DNA from: Octopus vulgaris
Taxonomy: Eukaryota
Length of the DNA stretch: 64,000 bases
NCBI GenBank assembly: GCA_951406725.2
Contig: OX597836.1
Location: forward strand, 22,754,001-22,818,000
Reading direction: 5' to 3'
Shown: piece after piece, positions 53,001 through 64,000 of the stretch
How the letters are laid out: each line of letters opens with the position of its first letter
How positions within the stretch are numbered: the first letter of the stretch is position 1
Position numbers and translations under genes: made by a program
The notes under the pieces: model-generated
The model's database searches: none
Told to the model about the DNA's origin: nothing
The model's input: only the letters and a program-made list of their open reading frames with translations

Positions 53001-55566
53001 AACTCGACCCTCCAACTCTTTCATAATGTCCATTCTTTGTGAATTTTTACTCATCTCTTTTATTCTCATGGACAGTTTAGTCACCTACAAACAAACATTT
53101 AAAAAATTGACATAGCAATAAAACCTATGAAAAGAGCCAACAGGTTTTCATATAAACATCTAGAAATAACAGCCAATTCTTGCTCAACCAACAAGCTCAA
53201 ATTTCCCTCAGCCCTCAGCTTATCTTTTACAAAGATAAGTCTTGGCAAGCTTGATGGAATCTTTCCAAAGCTTTGTGAGATAATATGTATTTCGTGCCGG
53301 TGACACGTAAAAGCACCATCCGTTCGTGGGCGTTTGCCAGCCCTGTCTGGCCCCCGTGTCGGTGGCATGTAAAAGCTCCATCCGTTCGTGTCCGTTGCCA
53401 GCCTCGCCTGGCCCCCGTGCCGGTGACACGTAAAAGCACCATCCGTTTCGTGGCCGTTTGCCAGCTCTGTCTGGCCCCCGTGTTGGTGGCACGTAAAAGC
53501 ACCATCCGTTCGTGTCCGTTGCCAGCCTCGCCTGGTCCTCGTGCCGGTGGCACATAAAAAGCACCATCCGTTCGTGGTCGTTTGCCAGCTCTGTCTGGCA
53601 CCTGTGCGGGTGGCACGTAAAAAGCACCCACTACACTCTCGGAGTGGTTGGCGTTAGGAAGGGCATCCAGCCGTAGAAACACTGTCAGATTTGACTGGGC
53701 CTGATGAAGCCTTCTGGCTTCACAGACCCCAGTAGAACCGTCCAACCCATGCTAGCATAGAAAACGGACGCTAAACGATGATGATGATGATGATGATGAT
53801 CTAGAAATAACAGCCAATTCTTGCTCAACCAACAAGCTCAAATTTCCCTCAGCCCTCAGCTTATCTTTTACAAAGATAAGTCTTGGCAAGCTTGATGGAA
53901 TCTTTCCAAAGCTTTGTGAGATAATATGTATTTCATGTCTCAGAAGAGTATGAAGAGGCAGCTTAAGATGGACAATTCATAGACACTGAACTTGGGTTTG
54001 ATGATGATGCCTCAATCAGACCGTGAATAATTTATGATATAGAAGAGTAGATGAATGGGGTTGAAAAGACAAAATTTCTTATCTGAGTATTTTCTGAAAT
54101 TCGTATTCTTTCAGTGGAGGTATTGAAAATCGAATAGGGGAATCCGAGTGCGAGTGCTACTTTATATAGGGTGAATCAAATGGTAAATCCAAAGAGAGAG
54201 AGAGAGAGAGGTGGGAGCAGAGTTAGGGTGGTGAGGCATAGAGAGTGGGGTGAAGCAGAGAGAGGGGGTGAGGCAGGCACACACATATATATATATACAT
54301 ACACACATATGTATATATACATACACACATATACATACACACACACACACACATACACATACACACACACATACATACATACACACACACACACATATAC
54401 ACACACATACATACACACACATACATACACACACACACATATACATACACACACACATACATACACACATACACACACACACATATACATACACACACAC
54501 ATATACATACACACACATATACATACACACACACATATACATACACACACACATATATACACACACACACATACACACTAACATTGATATATATATATAT
54601 ATATATATGCAAGCACAGAATAGCAGATGTTAAAGCAATGATGATGATGATGATGATGATACACACACAAAAGAGATAAAAATATAAATTTAGAAATAAA
54701 AGGGTACTTTTTTTAATGTAGTTACTTACCGGGTAGTATATTACTTTATTGAAACAGTTCATATTGCTGAAGGGAATGTTTGTGGTGTTTATCCGGCAGC
54801 GTCTTCGATCTATGGTGCAAGTCATGGTGAATAACATTCTTGTATTTTGGGGGTCTTCGTCAAGGCAGCCTGGTGTTTCGCAGAGACAATCCAATGTAAT
54901 AGAGGAAGTGCAGTTGCAATTGGGTACAAATGTTTCTGCCTTCATTCTGACTTTGCAGCCACTTATTTCTTCATCAGACTTAAAGAACGGAGATTGACAG
55001 AAATTCTCTGAACACAAAATGTGTTTCGGGACTTCGAGCAAGCAACTGTAATGCACCTGATGGTCTATATATATGCGGTAAGGTGTTCCTTCTTTAGACA
55101 ACCAAAATCTCTCTAGCATCAAATCAAAGTCATCAAGGGACACATCAAAATAATTAGGATTAGCCTCAGACACTGACATAGAAAATAAAAAAATACACAA
55201 AAATAAAATATATTTAACATTATAGTCGATTTGGATATAATCATAATTGTTAAGTTCTATGTCTCTAGTTTGATAATAGAGTTTATTATAAGTAAAATTA
55301 TTATATTATATATATTATTTATATCTTAAAAATATTGTTTAAATATTTCTGATTATATTTTAGATATTTAAATCACCTGAAGAATGACTGTAACTCGAAA
55401 TTTTAAGAATTGGACAGCCATGAAATGATCGTAGTGTTATACTAATTACCTTTTTTTAATAATTTTGATATATATAAAATAATATAAATTAATTAATCTT
55501 ATGTATTGGCTTAAGTCTTTCATTGTATGATTTGCCTAATAGTGGTTTTATCTCTAATTTAATATA

Positions 55567-55600
<34 letters not shown>

Positions 55601-58600
55601 TTAATCATAGTTTACAAGTGCAGAAGACGATGCTCTAGTCTAAACTTGCTGTTTCGCGGTACACCCACCCCTCCACCTTAACCGGAAGTTACTAACCTAT
55701 GTCTTCCTTGTGTACCTCCCGCAAACACTTCTAAGGGCCAAATGCCACCCACACCCCTACGTAGGGTTTATTTGATCATATAGCGCAAAAAACGGTGTAG
55801 CGTATGTAGGCTGTAGTCTAGTGTTTCTTTATGAATTCTGCCAAATGCAAGCTTTCTTTTCAGGTACATGACACTGCTGTCCCTCATCCCATGGTCTCAG
55901 AGGCCCACACCTCCCACACCATCAGAGTTGGCACACTGAAAGGTAGGTCTGGTGAGATTGTTGAGATGCTTGAACGGAGATGTGTAGATTTGTGCAGCAT
56001 CCAAGAAGTAAGGTGGAGAGGAGGTTCCGCTAGATTCCTCACAGGCAAAGAACACAGGTACAAGATTTTCTGGGCAGGGAACACTGATGGGGTCGGGGGC
56101 GTGGGTATACTTCTTGTGGAGAAAAGGGTTGATAAGGTAATTGAGGTAGTCAGAGTATGTGACAGAGTACTTAAGATTAGATTAGTGATTCACCATAGGT
56201 CAGCTACAAAAGACGAAGGCAGGTGGAGTACAAACAAACAAATGTATTAGTATGGCGCTCAGGAATAGAAATAGAACAAGTCTTTTACGTTTCAAGCCTA
56301 TGCTCTTCAACAGAAAGATACAGAGAAAAAAACAAGGAGAGATAAAAATACGTGTAGGAGCTAACGGTCTATCATGGCATATATATACATATATATATGT
56401 AAAATTAAGATTCAGTTGAATTAGGTACTTAAATTGAGGCAGCAAGCCAATTCAAAACAGTCCATCCAGCTCTGGACATCCTTGTTATTTGCTTTATACA
56501 TACACACACACACACACACAAATATATATATATATACACACACATATAAATATATATATATAGTTGAAATTTACAGAAAAACAAAAGGTAAAGACAGGTG
56601 TATAAACAACAAGCAGGTGTATTAGTTTGATGCTCAGGAAGGTGAGAAAGTCTTTTACGTTTCGAGCCTACGCTCTTCAACAGAAAGGAACGTGATTTCT
56701 TTTACTTGTTTCTGTCATTTGACTGCGGTCATGCTAGAGCGCTGCCCTTAGTCAAATATAGGTTGTCAAGCGATGGTGGGGCAACAAATACAGACACACA
56801 AATACATACACATATATATGATGGGCTTCTTTCAGTCTCCAACTAGAAAATCCACTCACAAGACTATGGTTGGTTTGAGGCTATCGTAGAAGACAATTGA
56901 TTAAGGTGCCTGAAACTGGACCCATGTGGTTGGGAAACAAACTTCTTACCAGACAGCCAAACCTGTGCCTGTTAGTTTACCTCCCCATAACTTAGCAGTT
57001 CACTAAAGGAGATCAATTGAATATTATCTTTGTTCAATTAAAATTCTTCAAGGAAATACCATAGTATGGCTGCTGTCCAATGACTAAAACCAGTAAAAGA
57101 TAAAATGAAGATTATGATGAAAGGTAAATTAGAGTCCCACCCTGTAAACCCACCCTGCAATCTGAAGAAAAAAGAAAAAGAAGGAAAAAATGTATGTCAA
57201 ACATGACTTACCAGATACATTGAAATTTCGTTCTTGACACCAATGAAGAAATGCTGTCAACCAGTTGGCTGTGTAATCTTTCAATACATAAGGACTCTGA
57301 GACAGATCATATGCCATCTTTTGATAATCACTTTGATCCACACTATAGGTAAGGTAAGCTGCAAGAAGCAAGAAAACAGTTCAAATAATAAAGAAAGAAA
57401 GAAAGAAAAGAGAGAAGGAAAGTATGGAAGTATGGAAAGTATGGAAAGGTCAGGATCACCAATGGTGATCACCAAGCTCTATCAAGAGAGTAACTGCAAT
57501 GCATCCATTAGGGTGGTATCCAGGTTTGTGCAATCAGTTAATGAAAGATTCATTTTGACTCAAGCTCCCAATTCAAATTCATAATAATGAAATTGGATGG
57601 CGACAGAGAGCCATGGGAATTTGCAAAAGCAATGAAAAAAAAATTTATATATATAAAGTATATATATAGGCGCAGGAGTGTCTGTGTGGTAAGTAGCTTG
57701 CTAACCAACCACATGGTTCCGGGTTCAGTCCCACTGCATGGCATCTTGGGCAAGTGTTTTCTGCTATAGCCTCTGGCTGACCAAAGCCTTGAGAGGATTT
57801 GGTAGACGGAAACTGAAAGAAGCCTGTCATATATATATGTATATATATATATATATGTATGTATGTGTGTGTATATGTTTATGTGTCTGTGTTTGTTCCT
57901 CTAGCATTGCTTGACAACCGATGCTGGTGTGTTTATGTCCTCATCATTTAGCGGTTCGGCAAAAGAGACCGATAGAATAAGTACTGGGCTTACAAAGAAT
58001 AAGTCCCGGGGTCGATTTGCTCGACTAAAGGCAGTGCTCCAGCATGGCCGCAGTCAAATGACTGAAACAAATAAAAGAGTATATAAAGAACAATAACCAT
58101 GCCCAAAGAATTTATTTTTTTCCTGTTTTGAACTCCTTTGATACAAACCCACCTAAGGCTGCTTCTAGTTCTAGATACAGACTTCCTGGGTTGAAGATGT
58201 AAATTAAACCTTCCATCAAAATTTCATGTTAATTCATGTCCCACCCTTTAATGCCAAAAATATTTGACTAAATTCTTCATTATTTTCAAAATTATAGAAA
58301 CAAAGGCAGTATATTTGAGCAGGATCATCATTGTTATCCTTTAACATCTGTTTCCAAGCTGGCATGGGTTGGACAGTTTGACCAGAGTTGGTAAGCTAGA
58401 GGGTTGCACCAGGTTCCAGTCTGATTAAGTTTAGTTTCTAAAACGGGATGCCCTTCCTAATGTTAACCAATTTTAAGGTGTATACTGCGTACTTGTAAAA
58501 TGACACTAGCATGAGTGCTTTTACATGGCACTGATGTGAGTGCTTTTCATATGGAGGTGGTACAGGACTCTGGTAGGCCAATCCTCTTCATCAGAAGGAG

Positions 58601-59412
58601 TGGCCTTAACACTTCTGCTGTAGAGGACGGGTCTTCTTGAGTACAACAAGACACCAGATATTTCAGTCCTTTGTCATTTCATTCTGAAAGATTCAGCATC
58701 TTGAGGTTGTCCTTTAGTACCTCATCCCATGTCTTCTTGGATTTCCCTCTTCCACGAGTTTCATCCACATTGAGAGATCAGCACTTCATAATGGAACTGT
58801 CAGCAGGTAATAAAAGCATTAAAGTGATCTAAATTAACTTTCTATAAGCAATTGTCATCTCCTTTGACTGCAAAGGGATACATAAAAGAATCCTAAAATT
58901 TCCAGCTTGACCCAGGGTTGAACACAAAAAGAGCAATGTTGGGTCAGCAAAGGACTTTAAGATTAAATAAAATAATGAAAAGTGACTTACTACAGTAAAC
59001 ATCAACTTTATTTGTTGAGAAATATTTTTCATCGATCACAAAGTAACGATAGTATGGAGTATTAGTCGCATACATGACGCGTTGCCAGCTGGTGTCTGTC
59101 TCTAGTTTCGATACATTCCAAGCGCAGACGGCCAGTATCAGAAATGTCAAAATAATAACAAAAATCTAAAAATGCAAATGGGTGGAGAAAAGATATAGAG
59201 AATCAATTAAGAAACAACAAAAGACACACACATATGTGTATATAATAAGCATGGGCATGGGTGTGGGTTTAAGAAGCATGCTTCCAACTATGTGACCTCA
59301 GGTTCAGTCCCACTGTGTGGCACCTTGGGTGTCTTATGATATAGCTCCAGACTGACAAAAGCTTTGAGGGAATTTGGTTGCGAGAAACTAAAAGAAACTT
59401 GTCATATGCATA

Positions 59413-59464
<52 letters not shown>

Positions 59465-62400
59465 ACACACACACACACACACACACCCTTGTCTTCACAT
59501 CATGTAATGGCAATAAACAAGCATTCTCATACAAATAATATTCTCGGTTTCCAGTCTTTGATGAAAACATGTCTAACCATGAAGAAATGTTACCTAGCTT
59601 AGAAAGTTGTGAAGGTTGGCGACAGGAAAGGCATCTGGCCATAAAAAAACGAAATCTGCTTCAATGAATTACATCTGATGTATGCAAGCATAGAAAAGTG
59701 GATGCTAAAATAATGATGGTGATGTATATATTAGTGACAGAGGCAGAGTGTCCATCACTGACAAGACCAAGGAAGGTCAAAATCATGTGATCTGGTGGTC
59801 TCAGTGCTGGAGGTGGCAGGGATTTATCTCATGGCATCTACCACAGTATAGTTTGTCCTAACAAAACAACCACATTTAAGTCAGGATAAATATTACCTTA
59901 TGGCATTAATACCGCCTCTGTAGCTAATATACATTTTTTAATGAGCTCACTGGCTGATCACAAGACCAGTGCCTGTTCCTGCACTGTCAATCTATACGTC
60001 ACTGGGAGGGACGTGAGTTGCTGCTGTCTCTAGCAGTTGAACATCCATCACTGATAAGACTAAGGAAAGTCGAAATCACATGATCTGGTGGTCTCAGTGC
60101 TGGAGGTTGCAGGGATTTATCTCCTTGCGAGCAACATAAGCAAGAGTGTATTTTGCACCAAAAGCCGATATGAGAGTTTCTCTCATGATATCTACCACAG
60201 TATAGTTTGTTCTAACAGAACATCCACGTTTTTGTGGGGATAAATGGTGATGATATATGTAAATCATCATCAATGCTTTAACACCCACTTTTCCATGCTT
60301 GTAAAGGCTGGACAGAATTTATTGAGGCAGATTTAGTACGTCTTGAAACACTTCCTGTCACTAATACTCACCTGTTTCCAAGCAAGGTAACATTTCTCTA
60401 TAACCAAATGTTTTAATAGAAGATGCACATATAGAAGAGCATACATGGATGTAGTCCCACATCTTAAAAGACAAGATGGTCACAGTTAGAATGCCTTTGA
60501 TCATAGGTGTGTTCCCCAGGTCAAGGTTTGATTGGGGTGGATTTTAAAAAAGCAGCAAGAACAACAGGTGAATTCGGTAAATGAAAATTATGCGGAAGTC
60601 CATCATATACACAGCAGTCCCTCTATCATACTTTGTCCTCCCAACCTCCCTCTCTACTACAACCCTATGCAGTAAGGGTATATTCTTTGTTTTGCAAGTT
60701 ACTTGGTAACCTCACTGGTGCTGGTGCCAGAAAAAAAGCACAGAATACATTGTACATTATGTAAAGGAGATGACATTTAGAGTGGCATTCAGCTGTAGAA
60801 ACCATGCGAAAAACCTGCATGGAAGTCAATGCAGTCCTACAGTTTGCTGAATCTTGTCAAACCATCCAACCCATGCTAGCATGGAAGACAGACGTTGAAT
60901 GATGATGAGATGACAAGGGACCGAGACTTGTGGCAATTCGCTGTACTTGAGAAGACATGTCAAGCTAAGTTAAATCATGACCATACACACATACAAGTAT
61001 GCCCTTTATGGCCATAGCCCTCATTCACTCTCCCAGCTGTCTTTGTCTTGTAGGTGCCAGTGCCACATAAAATGCATTTGTGCTGGTGTTGTGTAAAATG
61101 CCCTCATGCTCGTGCCATATAAAGGCACCTATATCAGTAACATGTAAAAAGCACCCAGCACATTCTGTAAAGTGGTTGGCGTTAGGAAGGGCATTGAGAT
61201 GTAGAAACCATACCAAACCAGACAAACTCTTTAAGGTGATGTCCCAATATGGTCACAGTCCAATAACTGAAACGAATAAAAGATACACTTACCTTAACAG
61301 GTTTTTTACTAAGATAATTCTTTGCAGCCTTGTAGAAAACTATTTTCAGTATTTCCTTCTCACTCCATTTATTTGGTGTGTAGTCAGTGTGTTTGTAGCA
61401 GCAGAACAACCCATCTCGGTGGTCTAAAACTCGCCGTAAATCAAGAGACATGCAACTTGCAAAGAATGTAATTTGCATTATATAGATGCTCAGAATTCCA
61501 ATGCAGTTGTAAAGGCAAAATGTCCGTAGACCTGGAAATGCCTAGAACAAGAAACATGGACAAAAAAATTTGCATGTTAGTATATATTGGAATATAAACT
61601 GAATTAAATAAATAAATTATTATCCCTTTTGGTACCAGTGACAGATAAAAGGCACCCGTGCCAGTGATACATAAAAGGCACCCATGCTGATGACATGTAA
61701 AAGGCACATGTGCCAGTGACACAGAAAAGGCACTTGTGCCGGTGATATGAAAAAGGCATCTGTGGAATGGTTGGCATTAGGGAAAACATCCAGCTTTAGA
61801 AACCAAATCAAAACAGACTGGAGCTTGGTGCAGTGCTCTGGCTTACCAGTTCCATGCTGACATGGGCTGGATGGTGCAACAAGTGCTGGCTATCCAGAGG
61901 ACTGAGCCATGCTCTACCATTTGGTTTGTCATGGTTTCTACAACTGGATGCATTTTCCTAACTCCAGTAAAAATTACTGTCTTGTCTTGTAATGGCATTC
62001 ACCTGGGAAGGGTTAAGCCAGCTCCTATTGAGTTCACCACGTAAAAGATCCATGCACATCTGTTGGTGGCTGATTCTGTAGCGTGTTAAAGCCATTCCTG
62101 GTTCCAGCAACGAACACCAAAGACTTGAGGGCCAGAAACAAACTCCATATCCACCTTGACTGACGTCTTCAGTTGACCGTTTCTCCACTTCTTACACCAT
62201 CCTAGGGGAGGATCTGGTACTATTGCTTTCTGGACGACCTCGTCATGGGGGGGGGGGTATCACAATGTGTGATCAAACCACCATAGTCTCCTCATAGTGT
62301 AGTGGGTGCTTTTTACATGGTACCAGTACCAATGAGGCCACTGAGTAGCTTGCAAGACAAAGCCCCCCCCCATCTGAGAAGGGGAAGATTGTTATACCCT

Positions 62401-64000
62401 GGGAATTCCCCTTCCCCTACCTACTCTCCTTCGTTCAAGTGTTTTCTGTAGATGTTAATAATTTGCTCACCTGGAGCTAAATAACAACAACAACCTACCG
62501 AAGTGGCTCCAATTGCAAAAGCAGTAATGTCACTCAATGTTGTGATAGTGATTGATACGCCTGCATGCTTCATAATGAGACCGATTTGTTCAGGTACAGG
62601 ACGCTCTTTTTCCAATTTCGAGAGGTTGTTTAGTGCTCCAAGAATCACAAACATGTCATCTATACCAATTCCTGAAACAGTAAAAGGAAGATAAATAAAT
62701 AACAGTGGAGGCACATGGCTTGGTGGTTAGTGCATTGGACTCGTGATCATAAGATTGTGGTTTCGATTCCTAGGCTGGGCAATGTGTTGTGTTCTTGAGC
62801 AAAATGCTTCATTTCATGTTGCTTCAGTCCACTCAGCTGGTAAAAATGAGTAATCCTGTGACAGAAAAGCATCCTGTCCAGGAACCAGGATTTATGATTC
62901 TTACAGATTAATGTGGACTAATCAAATAAATAATTAAGAAAAGTACAATCATCCACCAATAATCCTTAAAAAATTCTTAACAAAATTACTAAACAGATAT
63001 ACAATTTTATACTGTAAATGTGGCTTAGTAATTTTATTAATATTGAAATTAGCATTTAAACAACATAGAGGATTATACCATATACTACTGAAATAGTCAT
63101 TTAAACTATAGAGAGGATTATACCATATACTACTGAAATAGTCATTTAAACTATAGAGAGGATTATACCAGATGATATTTTGTCTCCAATTGTTGCGTCT
63201 ATGAATATTAGTGTGGCCTTTATGCAATGAATCTTATCTTTGAACCCACTATTTTTTAAAAGAATTGTTGTAATAATGAACAACATGGGTAAAATCCTCT
63301 CATATGATAAGCTGTATATGCACTTAATAAACTTATTAACCAAGTTTTCAAAGTTTACTGGAGGATGGTTAAAATATGTTAAGATACTGCAAATCTTTGT
63401 TAGGTTTACTATAAGAATGGTATTTAGCAAAGCCTAAAATCTAGAGACATATATAAGAAATTAACTATGCTTGGATTCAGTAATTTTTAAACCAAACTCT
63501 TTGTATATATTGATATCTTCTTCTTAACATCTTTCATTGTATAGCCAGTCATACATCACAAAATATGAGAAATCCATAACAACAAAGATTGAATTTCACA
63601 CACACACATGTGTGTGTGTGTATGTGCATGTGTGTATATATGTAGGAAGGTACAGGCATGGCAGTGTGGTTAAGAAGCTCACTTCGCAACCATGTGGTTT
63701 CAGGTTCAGTCAACTGTGTATGTGTCTATATGCATAGGTCTGCTCAATCAGAGCTAATTGAGGACTAATTAACAAATGCACACCTGCACATTTTAATTGG
63801 AACTCCAAACCCATTCAGCTCTGATCGAACAGACTTATGATCAACAATATTCACATCTACGATCATTCAATTTCATTTAGACTTGCCTTCAGAATTACCT
63901 GAAGTTGTCTTAGAGTTGATGGCCAAAACCAAAATTGAAGAAGGGTTAGTGAGAGAGGACTTACCAAGTAGCAGGAGGGCTAAAACCCTATTTAATGCTC
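47228..64000 (-). CDS. Patched-domain / NPC1-like sterol-sensing RND membrane protein (PTCHD3-like); 5' end lies outside the window
   Basis: Exons 63965->64000, 62499-62671, 61293-61541, 58991-59165, 57212-57358, 54730-55172, 52932-53084, 52028-52153, 51777-51921, 50128-50249, 48462-48653 and 47228-47404, with consistent phases. Motifs: GIGIDDMF, GVSITITTLSDITAFAIG, QITFFASCMSLDLRR, VGLVVDYSVHIG, IGPPVFHGGFST, FGLFHGIVFLPVLLS. Confidence 0.92.
48462..48653 (-). CDS. PTCHD-like exon (last TM helix)
   Basis: IFLLVVMFGLFHGIVFLPVLLSIF...LHNE|gtaaac. Confidence 0.92.
50128..50249 (-). CDS. PTCHD-like exon
   Basis: RMIITMKEIGPPVFHGGFSTFIAV...FRTFFK|gtaact. Confidence 0.92.
51777..51921 (-). CDS. 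PTCHD-like exon
   Basis: VDISGSLNLWGLYID...VGLVVDYSVHIGFTY. Confidence 0.92.
52028..52153 (-). CDS. PTCHD-like exon
   Basis: VLEWEIKRNLSLAFLSVFVITF...VIFTL|gtaagt. Confidence 0.9.
52932..53084 (-). CDS. PTCHD-like exon
   Basis: VTKLSMRIKE...FSKHYLEWRINS|gtaagt. Confidence 0.85.
53294..53798 (+). mobile_element. SINE/RTE-tail family C with internal ~60-bp tandem units and (GAT)n tail; copies at 4988-5775, 13120-13370, 26930-27145, 33125-33405, 33720-34020, 43393-43650, 44955-45550
   Basis: Shared GGAGTGGTTGGCGTTAGGAAGGGCATCCAGC core and (GAT)n tail. Confidence 0.85.
54730..55172 (-). CDS. PTCHD-like exon, Cys-rich luminal segment
   Basis: 443-nt open exon (tcag| ... |gtaagt), phase-compatible with both neighbours. 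Confidence 0.82.
55374..55436 (+). ncRNA. Type I hammerhead ribozyme motif
   Basis: CAC-CUGAAGA-AUGACUGU...ACAGCCAU-GAAA-UGAUCG-UA-GUG. Confidence 0.65.
55830..56205 (+). mobile_element. RTE LINE 5' fragment (endonuclease N-terminus)
   Basis: VGTLKGRSGEIVEMLERRCVDLCSIQEVRWRG...GVGIL. Confidence 0.85.
57212..57358 (-). CDS. PTCHD-like exon
   Basis: YLTYSVDQ...NWLTAFLHWC...|gtaagt. Confidence 0.88.
58991..59165 (-). CDS. PTCHD-like exon
   Basis: IFVIILTFLILAVCAWNVSKL...DEKYF...|gtaagt. Confidence 0.88.
61293..61541 (-). CDS. PTCHD-like exon
   Basis: AFPGLRTFCLYNCIGILSIYIMQITFF...KKPVK|gtaagt. Confidence 0.92.
62499..62671 (-). CDS. PTCHD-like exon (sterol-sensing domain)
   Basis: GIGIDDMFVILGA...ITAFAIGATS|gtaggt. 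Confidence 0.93.
62950..63560 (-). mobile_element. Penelope-like retroelement remnant with internal 48-bp tandem repeat
   Basis: RQNIIWYNPLYSLN resembles the Penelope IIWFNPPYS motif; the WYNPLYSLNDYFSSI unit is repeated ~2.5x at 63066-63169. Confidence 0.55.

Noticed and set aside
53294-53630. CRISPR-like regularly spaced ~60-bp repeats (also at 5200-5430 and 45230-45380)
   Set aside because: The 'spacers' are near-identical to each other, the units are the internal tandem repeats of a dispersed SINE, the context is eukaryotic and there are no cas genes.

Overview
AT-rich, microsatellite- and SINE-dense animal genomic DNA. The repeat landscape (tRNA-derived SINEs, RTE/CR1 LINEs, (TA)n/(CA)n) resembles an octopus/cephalopod genome; this is an inference. 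Two spliced host genes lie on the minus strand. One is a complete 11-exon ITFG2 (KICSTOR subunit; 29574->12868, 419 aa, all GT-AG introns with consistent phase). The other is the 3' part (12 exons visible) of a Patched/NPC1-family sterol-sensing-domain gene (>64000->47228) with an unusual 12-Cys luminal segment. The stand-out feature is an endogenous viral element at ~7590-9290: about 550 codons of a rhabdovirus (VSV-like) L polymerase with two compensating frameshifts, one in-frame stop, a 33-bp tandem duplication and no visible GDNQ motif. It sits directly behind a piggyBac end/transposase remnant and an intron-like sequence, and is followed by ~1.4 kb of orphan decayed coding-like DNA. Other observations are several hammerhead-ribozyme motifs, a tandem array of Pol III-like SINE heads each closed by an oligo-T run, a 136-bp target-site duplication, local templated insertions, fold-back hairpins and a Merlin-like MITE in the ITFG2 promoter.
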